NCBI GenBank assembly: GCA_001642005.1
Contig: LWCA01000137.1
Coordinates: forward strand, 1-48,484
Direction: 5' to 3'
DNA length: 48,484 bases
From: Intoshia linei
Taxonomy: Eukaryota > Animalia > Orthonectida
The notes under the pieces were generated by a model. It ran no database searches. It saw only the letters and a list, made by a program, of their open reading frames with translations, and was not told the origin of the DNA. This document shows positions 37,651-48,484 of the stretch, piece by piece. The position numbers and the translations under genes are program-made. Each line of letters begins with the position of its first letter. Position 1 is the stretch's first letter.

Positions 37651-39659
37651 TTGAAAAAAAAGGATTATTCCCTTAAGTGTTAGTAATTTGTGTTTAGAAT
37701 AATAGGTTTTTAAAAAAAGTATTGGAAAAAGAATATTTTTCCATTAAGGACTGGAAAATTAGATTTTTTATTGTGGTTTAATGAAGTGGATTTTTTTCAT
37801 AAGATTTCGTAAAATCGGATTTTTGAAAAGAATATCGGTGTAAGTCAATTTTTCAATAAGTCAACAATCAATAAATAAGATAAATAAAAACTAATAACTT
37901 ACCACTTAAGTAAATACAAAAACATATAATTAATCTACTAAAGACATGTGTGTAGATTTTCCTAGTTTAATTTTTAAAATTTCCAAAAATTATAAAATTG
38001 AAAATAAAAATGATAAACTATACATAAATTTTTACTACAAAAAAATATAAAAATTCAGTTGGATAAATGTATTTTTATACATCTATATTTAAAACAAATT
38101 TGAATTAGCTGATAACCTATAAGCAAAATGAATTCTATAAATATAAGTTGTATACATTCAAGCGATAAATTTTAAAATTTCGTAGGGTTAATATACTATT
38201 TCGACGCTGCATTAATTGTAACTGTAGTTAGTCCCCCAAAAAAATTAAAAATTAAAAGTTACTAATTTACAAATAATAACCGTCAAGTTAACTACTGACC
38301 AACATACTACATTGTAAAGGTTTTAAAATAGTTATAAAAGTCCTATGAATAATAATAATTAATATTTTAGACATTTTTTGTTTTTACCTTGAAATCTAAT
38401 GGATACTAAACTTTGAAAATTTTTATAATTTTCAAATTCTTAAATAATCTATATTTACCAACGATGTCAAAACTGAATATTGAAATAATGGTCATAAATT
38501 TTTTAGGTAATTAAATAAAAACAAATGAATCGATTAGTTATAATTGCCACTTGCCCATACATAATACATGAAATAATTAACTTGAATATGGTCATGTAGA
38601 ATTATGTAATTTCATTCGTTTGTAAACAAAATTAAATAATTATTGGATCGTTCATGCGCACATCAAGTTTCATTTTTAAAGGTGTAAAAAATAGAAAAAT
38701 ATTAAATTCATTATAAAATTAATTTATATTTATGGAAATGAATCTTTAAATCTTACTTAAATGGATATTCACTATATAGGTGACATTATTTACCCTTGAA
38801 TAGTTTCCGTACAATACCGATGTCATAATCTTTAGCGACAATTAAACACGTGGTGGGTGACTGCACATTCATTATCCCAAGTGAACCTTAAATTTAGAAT
38901 AAAATCTACTACTCTAAAATTTCAAATTTGCTATTCTTAACATAAAATATTGGTAAATAGACTTTTGACAACCTTAATTAAAGTGGCACTATTGTAAGAA
39001 GATGGATATGAGAACATTCAAATAAATGATAAATGCTCGACTTGATTTGCCAAACATGGAAAATATTTTCACTATTTATCAATCTATTTTTATCAATGGT
39101 TTTTTAAATTTTGGATCTACTATAGTATTTTGATAATACAGCATTTACATTGTAGTAATGTAACAATTATTAGGAATAAGTATATTCAAAATCAGTACAA
39201 TGTACTGAGTACATACAAGAAATTAGTGTTTTTAATGTTTTTTTATTATTTACTTTAACATGTTATTAGTCACTTTTGCAAGGTAGTTTGAATCAATTAA
39301 AAAAATCATCGAGGAGTATATTTTTCTCTATACATTTTGTTAATGTAACAGTAATTTTTCATCCCGGATAAAAATGACAAGATTTGATTCAAATAGAAAT
39401 ATAATTTTATGGTATAATCATTTTATTCTAGACGCTTTGAATATTTACTCGTGTGACCCGGTGTGGGTAATAAAGAATCACAAATATTTTAATATTACAA
39501 TAAACGGTGACATTTTTCACTATAAAAATTATAAAATCTACATAAAAATTACTGAAAGTGGAAATCAACCCACTGTAATTATACACTGTTTTAATGTTTA
39601 TAATGGAGATTTAAAGGTCCCGAGTCCAAATTTTGGACTCCCAAGTTGGGAGTCCCAAC

Positions 39660-40301
39660 TAGTGTGTTCAACTTTTGTAAAAAGTACTGAGTTTTACTGA
39701 GTACTGAGTTATTTATGAACTACTTAGTTTTACTTTTTCTGAGTTTTGAAACTCAGTACTTTTAAGAATATTTTTTTAAATTATTAATTTTGCCAATCAA
39801 ATTGGTTTTTCAACCAATGCATTGGAAAATTGCATTAAATAAATATTAAAATTATTAATATCTACAACTAGTGCATCAGTTGAAACATTATTTTCTGCGG
39901 TGGGGTTATTCACATCTATTCGTAGAATTAGGATTACGCCAGAATAAATGGAAACTCAATTTTAAAATACAATAAAAACTTCATGTCTAATAAAAGTAAT
40001 TTATAACCAATTTATTGTTAATAACAAATTTAATTATCTATTTTTAATGATACTAGTATCTTATAAAATTTGGATATTATCTTCCTCTATAATTTATTTT
40101 CAATTTCCATCTAAAATCAAGAATATTAATTTCATTTTTTTATGAATTTTTTACGTTTTGTGAAGCAAAATTGATAACTCATCAAGTTTTTTAAAGTACT
40201 TTTACTAAAATTTGAAAAAAAGTAACTTACTGAGTTTAAAAAAAAAATTTTAATGAGTTTTACTGTACTGAATTTCTAAAAAATTCAAGTTGAACACACT
40301 A
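39660..40301 (+). mobile_element. hAT internal-deletion derivative
   Basis: Perfect 15-bp TIR TAGTGTGTTCAACTT / AAGTTGAACACACTA with ACTGAG subterminal repeats. Interior ISTTSASVETLFSAVGLFTSIRRIRITPE* (hAT dimerisation motif). Confidence 0.85.
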
Positions 40302-41003
40302 CTCCGTACCATATACATCGAGCAATTATGTTATTCGCTACATGTCGTGTTGTATTTAAATGGAAAATTTACGTATTAAAGTAAGGTTTATAAACGTTGT
40401 ACATTGTGTATTGAAATATTATGCATTTCAAAAATTTCTAAATGTCTAAAATGGAAGAATATTCAATGTAATTACAAGTTCTGAGTCAGAAGATCAAAAC
40501 AGTCATTATATTGTAATATCTTTACAGTTTTAACACATTGAAAAAATAAATCAGTGTATTATTAATAAATCAATATAATGTATAATTTCACCATTCTTTG
40601 AAACTGTCAAGATAATTTTTACATTTTTATAATTTTATTTTTTAATCCACAAATTTACAAAAAATACTATTTAAATATCCAATAATGATTTAAATATTCA
40701 TATGCTTAATAAGCGTTGATTATTATTATATGTACAATAAAATTTTTATTGATTTTTCCATGTTTTTAGAATATCAACTGATAAACTATTCCGTTATCTA
40801 ATTACAAATGATACAAAAAATGCCATATCTAAATTATAAAATGTGCGTTGGAATTGTACATTTGTACAAGTATTTAAATATTTATAACTAGAAAATGATT
40901 ATCAATTTTAGCATCACCAACCCATATTATTTCACGAAATAACGATTTATCGGAAAAAATAATTTATGGAGTTGTTATCGTTAGGCAAATATACTTTCTA
41001 TAT

Positions 41004-41497
41004 CTGGGATGCACAATATGCGGCCCGCGTAGAAGAGAGTCCAGTTTGCAGACATTTTACTAAATCCTTAATATTATTAATTTTAAATATCTCATAGAAT
41101 TTAGCATTAAAAACATTCTGTATTTTTGGAACTGCATTTCTATGTGAAAAAACATTTTATATTCATTTCAATCTGAACAAAAATAAAATATGATATAATT
41201 TGAGTGATGACCATTTAGAAGGCATCATGAGAAGTGCATCCGAAAAATTGTCTGCTGAAAACAAAAAATTAAATAGTCAAAACGATATAGTATCTAAACG
41301 TTGTATCTCATTAAATTATTTTACATTTTATTTTTGAAATATGGGAAAACTAATCTTATTCTAAATTACGTATGTTATCTTATTTTTTTTTATATTTATA
41401 AAATTTTTATAAAGATTGTCGTAATATAAAAATTATCGATATTTGCGGCCCGTGACCGCGAAATATGATGCGTTCGTATTTTGAGTTAAACACCCTG
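41004..41497 (+). mobile_element. Buster/SPIN-type hAT deletion derivative
   Basis: Ends CTGGGATG ... CACCCTG, subterminal GCGGCCCG, flanks ttcTAtat/ttcTAtca (NNNTANNN). Interior FGTAFLCEKTF ... LSDDHLEGIMR (Buster-type C terminus). Confidence 0.8.
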
Positions 41498-42283
41498 TTC
41501 TATCAGCTAGTTAATTCAGCTAGAGATGATGGAAAGGCGATTTTAAAAAATGATATATTATATATAAAAATTATACAAAAGTAATATATTAATATATCCA
41601 AAATAATTACACATCAATATTTTTTTATATACAATGTTATTTAATTTAAAAGCCTCGAATTGTTCCCAAGCATGTGTTGATGTATTTGAGTACAATATTA
41701 AGTGTATAGTGAAATTAATTTGGAAACTATATTTAAAATATAGTTACACGTCCATGTTAATTGATTTTTTAATTGTTTTAATATAATATTTTTACTTTAT
41801 TGTTAATTACTATTGTCAGTGACGAAATATAATAATTTTAATATATAATAATAATGTTTAATAATTATTAATTAATTATAATTAACGACGTAGACGAAAT
41901 TTTTTTGACGAAGTCGTTGAAATAATATATTGCTAAAAGGGGCGGTAGATAAAAGGAATTTGGATACCCTGGTATAAATTATGAACGTCGTAACAAATTT
42001 GTATCTGTAATACCATACTTATATAATTATGAAATGATAATTTTCTATTTTTTATTATCAATTTAAAAATAGAATCATCGTCTTGAATAAGAAATTAAAT
42101 TCATTAGAGATTAAATGTTTAAAAACTTTTTTATTTTAATTCCGATAATTTGTTAGAAAACAAGGGTTTCATAACCAAGGTCAAATGGTATTTTTACCTA
42201 ATATTAACATGTATTTTCTTATCCAGGAATGTCTAACTCAATTTACTTGGTTGGAAAATAAAAAAAAATTATTACGCGAACAG

Positions 42284-42409
42284 CAGGGATTGTAATTAAT
42301 TGATTCCAACCAATTTAATTGCAATTAATTAATAACAATTATTGAAAATAAAATCAATTAATTGGTTTATACAAATTAATTGATTGGAATCAATTATTTT
42401 CAATCTCTG
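42284..42409. mobile_element. 126-bp hAT MITE
   Basis: TIR CAGGGATTG / CAATCTCTG, 8-bp TSD gcgaacag/gcgaacac, interior built of AATTAATTG repeats. Confidence 0.8.
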
Positions 42410-42761
42410 GCGAACACAACACAAAAATTATCATTCATCTTAAATTTTATGTTAAAAACAAATGATTAAACTACTGTAATAGTTTTGATTAATAAAATCA
42501 CCGATAATGTATTTCTGGCAAAAGCTATAAAACATAAGTTTGTGCTCTTTGATTTTTAAATAGTAATCAAATAATAAAAAATATTTTTATTTCGTTTCAA
42601 GTAGACTACAATATAATCAAACAGATGCGCTATTGAATCTTAAAATTCTGATCTGTCGGATGAGTCATATGACCCTGTGTGTAATATACTCGTATGGTTG
42701 TTTCTTCATGTATACGTTTTTATTAAATTTATCTAATTTTACGGATCAAAATATAAGTAAA

Positions 42762-43223
42762 ATGTAATTATTAATATATTTTAATACCAATGCTCGTAAT
42801 TTTCTCTTAACATACCCAGATTCTGCTATTCTTAACTGGAATATATATTTTTAATTAATTTGATAAAAGGCTATCCACAAATTATTACGAATTGACTTTT
42901 TTTACATAATGATAATTTATTGAATTGAAAATATGTTAATTATTGTTAAAACGTCATCAAGATTAAGATGTTTATTAATTTTACACTAATCACGTAAATT
43001 TCAATAAGAAAAATAATATATTATTTTTTTCCATCCATTCTGATTTTGAGGCATGTGGTATATTAAGGAATGGATAACTGTTATGTTCTGGTGGGTGAAA
43101 TAATTTATTTGTTTCAATTGAGAAATAAATTTTAGTCTTAAAAAGGTATGGCTTCGAAAATATTTTAAAACCCACGACTACCTTATTATGTTTTATTTAA
43201 TATTGCGGCCGTATTATTACCGC
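42762..43223 (+). pseudogene. Candidate decayed CRESS-DNA/HUH Rep endonuclease fragment with adjacent TATTATTAC hairpin
   Basis: ATG-TAA, then in frame ..FNTNARNFLLTYPD (RCR motif I-like). After a frameshift: RHQD..HVNFNKK and IHSDFEAC. GCG-GCCG-TATTATTAC-CGC at 43205-43223. Confidence 0.5.
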
Positions 43224-45239
43224 TTTTATATTCGTATATAGATGAATGAATGGTTGAGAACACTTGAAACAACCAGGAAATAAACCGTGCGTTCAATATC
43301 TAAACAAACTACAATAATTTTTTCATCATTGCAATACATTAAAAAGATATACGTAAACTAAATTAAAGGATTGGCGGCTTTTAATAAACAATTAATTAAT
43401 ACATGAATAAATAAAATTTCTTTTATTAAATTTAAACACTTCAGAAAGACACTTGAAGACGAAAAAGAAATTATAATAATATAATTTTTGGATATATTTT
43501 CACGTATGATTATAATTAAACCAACCATTATCAACGGGTCCATGTGGACCCCCAGTCGTCTACAGCAGTTTTTTGGGTCCATGAAAAATTTTATATTTAA
43601 ATTATATACAAAAATAAAATAAAGAGAAAAATGATATTTCCGCAATGATAGTAACATTAGTATGTATGATTTTTAACAATATCTCAGAATTTATGTTTTA
43701 TAAAATTTTACGACTTTTTTCATTTATAAAAAAATGGTAATTTGTGGTTTTGACTATGAAGTTGTAAGTTTTTGAGGTTGAGATTTACGACAATGGTAAT
43801 GACTTTCAAAATTTTAGAGCTGATTTTATTTTAAAAACAATAAATTTGGGTTTTTAACCCTTAAGAACTCAATTTCGGAAAATGACATTTGCGATGCTGC
43901 ACCACTCTTGAAAACTGTATTTAGGGTTTTTAAATAAACGATCATTCACACAGATTACATTTTATATAAATAAATGGTATAATTTATATAATTTTTTAAA
44001 TTCCACAGTGAAAAATAATTGAGAATGTCTGAATTGAACAGTGATTATGACTATTCAAAATTGAAATGTTCATAAATTGGTAAAAATTTATTGGATTTAA
44101 TATTTTTTTAAATATAATTTATTATAAATGACATTAAAGTTGAAACGTAGCTAACGGAATTTTAGGGGATTAAAATTTTCAAATTCCATTAATTACATAT
44201 AATAAACTAAAATATAATATAAAATTTTTTCACTAAATTAAAATGTTTTAATAATTGTTCATCCTTATCTTTCATGAATGACAAAAAATAGAAACATTAA
44301 TCATTTCACGTCAACACTCTTTCATTGTGCCATACTATTGAAAATTTAATTTATTCATAAAATTATAATTGAAATTGATAAAACTTAAAACCAAAATTTT
44401 AATAAACGAAGAAACTGAAATAGGATATATAATTTGATAAGATTTTTATCATTAGATTTAGTGCAAATAATATAATACAACCCTTTAAATTAACGCTTTC
44501 GGGTCATGGAGCAATATCAATTCTTTGAACTAGAATAAGCCAAAAATAGATTATTAAAATCTAATATTAGAAATTTGATATACCATAAATAGCAAATTAC
44601 ATAATATGTAATTTGTTTCAGAATATTTTAAATGTTTGAATTCTACACTGCATCTAATTTTCAAGATGAAAATATCAATTGCTCATCCAATTCATTAACA
44701 TAATATAATACCTTGAAATCAATTTTGCCATAATTTTTAATTAAAAATTAAGATTCGTGATACTATGAAAAGTTCTGTTTTCTTATCATAATGCTTACGA
44801 ATTATACATAATATCAATTTTGTGACAATTTCATTTCAATAATTTCAATAACTATTACAAATAGTGTACTTGTGTGCCAAATGATTCTTTAATTCTTTGA
44901 TAGTTAATAATTAAGATAATTTTTGAATTAAAACCAAATAGAAATTAAAAAAATATGACAACATAAACAAATGATTAAAATATTACCTGTTATCATTAGG
45001 CGCAAAAATTTAGATAAGAATTCATATTTATTCATTTTGTTTCAACTATTCAATACTGAAATCGTTGTAAATTATTAAATTATACAAATTAATATTCAAC
45101 GACAATTACTATATAGTTAGTAATTATGCATTTAAAAAGACGATATAATGGAACTTAAATTTATGATCAAAACAATACTTAAAAGTCAATATTATTAACC
45201 TTATCTTATTTATAAAACGGACATTTAATTAGTTTTAAA

Positions 45240-45830
45240 CGCAATGGGAGTAATTGGATTAAATATGATGGACTCTGTCCACTTTTATACCCTCAGGAAA
45301 CAAAAATTTGTTGAAAGATAAACACTCCATTTAATGTCAAATTAACTGGACATGAGTCCAATTATACAGCCACAGGTAAAATTAAATTTACATAAACAAT
45401 TGTACAATTTTTGTCAAGGATGACTGAGTTGGTAAAATATAATATAAATATTTTAAAAAACTCAATTATAATTCAATCATAAGCCGCAACGCAAAGGTCG
45501 ACCGGATTTGTTCTCATGTATCACAGTTTATCCAATGTATCAATATTTGTGACTCAAAAGTGGATATGAAGCATTTTAAATGATATTCAGCATTGTCTGG
45601 TTTGATCTTTGGCACTAGGATATCTAAAGTGCTTGGGAACAATACGCATTTCAGACAGTCACCATCAATCAACAAAAATTTTCCAGACAGTGATAATTGA
45701 AAATTGTCACATCAAACAATTTAACCAACATAAACAATTTTCATTGCATACCAATGTTTGCAAGGTTAGCCGACAAAAGAGTGCTTTTAACAAGTTACTT
45801 TGCGTGTAAATGTTTTCTTATTCAAGTATC
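45240..45830 (+). mobile_element. Possible heavily decayed Ty3/Gypsy pol remnant
   Basis: Coding-like composition with weak motifs FDL/ALGY, KCLG..IS and FNQHKQFSLHTNVCK (cf. F...KPF.L.TDAS). Confidence 0.3.
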
Positions 45831-46477
45831 CAGAGATTAGTGTTATATTCTTCTTAAACATCAAACGAATAGAAACACTGAATAAATCACTAATTTGACA
45901 TTAAATAACATTACACTTTTCGGTTTTATTTCATCTCTATAAAGCAGGACAAGGTTAGCTTTTTCCTTTCTTGTACTATTCATTTTAAAAACTTGTAAGG
46001 ATATAAAAGCGTGAAATATTTGACAAATTATCAATTACAAATTATGGTATAAAACTGCATATTACTTTACATTTACATCTGAAATGTTTCACGGAAATAA
46101 ATTTTGCCTAAAAAAAGAAATGATTACTTATTTTATTTTAATTCATTTTGCCTACCTTATCCTTTATTAATATATAAATGGATGTCTGTCTGTTACCATT
46201 TATTGAAAAAATTGAAAGTCGTAGAATTTAAAAAACCACAATATCTAATACAGTTTTTCCTAGACCGTATATCTATTTTTCAGTTTTGCGAATTTAAGTC
46301 CTTCACGGTCAAAAACACAATTTTCCTTTTTGTTTAAAAAATTAATAAGCCTAAAAATTTAATGAAATTATATTACTATCTGAATATGAATAATTTTCTT
46401 TATAAATTTACATATATGTATATTCAAACTCAATGACTAATTTCAATCTAAATGACGATTTTCGGTATATGCAAGTA

Positions 46478-46662
46478 CAGTAATACCTCGCTTAACGAAC
46501 TCCCGCGTTAACAAACAAATTAAAAAACACCAAAAAATAAAAAAATGGGCGAAAATTAGCTATATTTACCCTTCAAATATACCAAAACGAATGGAGAATA
46601 ATACTCCCGCTTAACAAACAAGATCTTGGAACGAATTAGTTCGTTATAGTGAAATATTACTG
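46478..46662. mobile_element. Tc1/mariner (pogo/Tigger-like) MITE
   Basis: TA flanks; TIR CAGTAATACCTCGCTTAACGAACT / AGTTCGTTATAGTGAAATATTACTG; repeated CGCTTAAC subterminal motif. Confidence 0.8.
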
Positions 46663-48484
46663 TACTATCAACTTTTTTGAAGATTTTAAAAATTTCTGTA
46701 ATTTTTAAAAAAATATTTTCTGTTCTGGAGGATTTTTGGAATACATTGTAGTTATTATTCCAGTTAATTTTATAAGATTTTATCATTAAATCCCCATTTC
46801 CTGGTTGTATAAATGGTTAAGCATAAATCACACTTTTATCTTCGAAAGAAGATTGAATTTGTTATAATTGTTAAGTAGACCAGACATATACATGTACATG
46901 TAAAATTGTGACATTTCTACAGTAAACATTCAAACTTTTAGTTTTTTATTAATCTAAATGTTTAAATTATTCTTCAAGGTCAAAACACCAAATTACTTTT
47001 TTTTTAGAAAAAATTAAAAAAATTCTAATGATTTATTTATACATAATAAATTTATATAATGAATAATTCGTGAAGTAGAATTAAAAAACCCTATTTCTAA
47101 TACAGTTTTTCGCGGGTGATGTTTATATTAAAGTTTCATTTTCCGAAATTGAGTCTTTCAGGGTTAAACACACAATTTGTTTTGTTTTTTTTTAAAATCA
47201 AACATGTCCTAGAACTTGAAAAATATACATTCTGATACAGATTTACATTATCACACATTTCAATTTCAAAAAGGTCAAAATTTAGGATCAATATGACTAA
47301 AGAAATGGATTTCTAAATTACTTTCCAATCGATCGCCTCCAATCTCGGTCTTGTTTTACATTAACATCATTTTAAACTATATTCGAAGATAAAATTGTTT
47401 AACTTATACATTTACTTATATAAAATTAATATTATCGTTTTTTTTTAATTTTGTCTAGTAGTTTGGTTTTAGAGAAGTTTTATGGTAAATTTCCGGTCAA
47501 CGGTGAAAAAAATGTGGTAAATGTTGATTAAAACGTAGCACATAACAGTCAACCTAGTGTTTAATAAATTGTAAAGAATTAATCATAATTATTAGTATGG
47601 TTACATATGACACAAATCAAATATGTTTGCAAATGTTGTAAAAATGCAGATTATCACAATAATCTAGGACCTAGATTCTAGGTCAAAAATTTTGACAAAA
47701 TTTGTTAGTTACTTTAAAATGAAACAAAAATTCCTAGTGGAGAATAAAAGCAACTGTGTTTTCATAGTTTTAAATTGTATTGGAATAATTTTAATTTATA
47801 CTATTTTAAGAAGAAAATTAAAAAATCTTTCAATAGTACTTATTTAAAAATTAAAAAAATGGTATTATTTTATTTAATAAATGAGAGGGGACATAAAATA
47901 TATTTATTTAATTGCGCATTTTTAGAATTGTTATTTTTCGGTAAAATCGGAAAATTTTTTTAATATTTATGGTCAAAAAAAGATCAAAAATAGTAATAAA
48001 AATAAAAAGAATAATAAAGCAAGATTTAATCAAAATCCTATCGGTGACGTGCATGCGTTTGTCACCGACAAAGGTATACAAGAAGCAATAACCAAATATA
48101 AAATTAAATTAAAAACTCAAAAATCAAAAAAACTCAAAAGTATTCTAAAAAATAAACAAAATTTTTAAATAAATGCTAATTAATTAAGTTATACAATACA
48201 ATATAAAATACAAGCAAAAAATAATAAAATAAAACAAAATAAAATAAAATGGTATACAATATAATAAATAAATAAAGGTATGCAAAATTAAATAAAAAAG
48301 TATATAATATAATAAATAATTAGAATAGTATATAAATCCATAATTTAAAATAATTTATCAGTAGTATAAAAATAATCTCAACTTCAAGAGTCAATGAATT
48401 TCGAAAATATCGATAGGTATAACATCAATGTTATTTTTAGTTTGAAATGTTATAATTTCATTATTTAGAACTGAAACAACGAAA

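Noticed and set aside
38600-39070. Possible LINE endonuclease remnant (GYSLYR, VVGD)
   Set aside because: Motifs are too short and scattered to support a call.
670-47963. Many 60-110 aa ORFs in the track (e.g. 670, 1090, 3117, 9495, 11998, 17606, 23311, 36747, 39374, 43358, 46556, 47775)
   Set aside because: F/I/K/L/N-rich chance frames, antisense shadows of real exons, or frames inside repeats; many begin at TTG/GTG, which is not expected for a eukaryote.

Overview
Very AT-rich animal genomic DNA, not prokaryotic. Most introns are 30-65 nt GT-AG, with a few kb-sized introns filled with transposons; by inference this resembles a reduced ciliated parasite such as an orthonectid. Genes built by hand from splice sites: OGDH (minus strand, 3' end not in the window), bystin, one or more orphan multi-exon genes (minus), DNAJB13, TTC26/IFT56 and MEF2. 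There are two U1 snRNA genes. The one at ~21792 has the standard splice-site-pairing sequence. The one at ~17040 is structurally intact but its 5' end (AAUUACCUA) complements GUAAUU rather than GUAAGU, which matches the near-total loss of +5G in this window's donor sites. Intergenic and intronic DNA holds Helitron-like, hAT, pogo-like and MULE/foldback elements and decayed Gypsy pol. Near 42.8-43.2 kb is a candidate fossil CRESS-DNA/HUH Rep with an adjacent TATTATTAC hairpin. All calls were read by eye; no searches were run.
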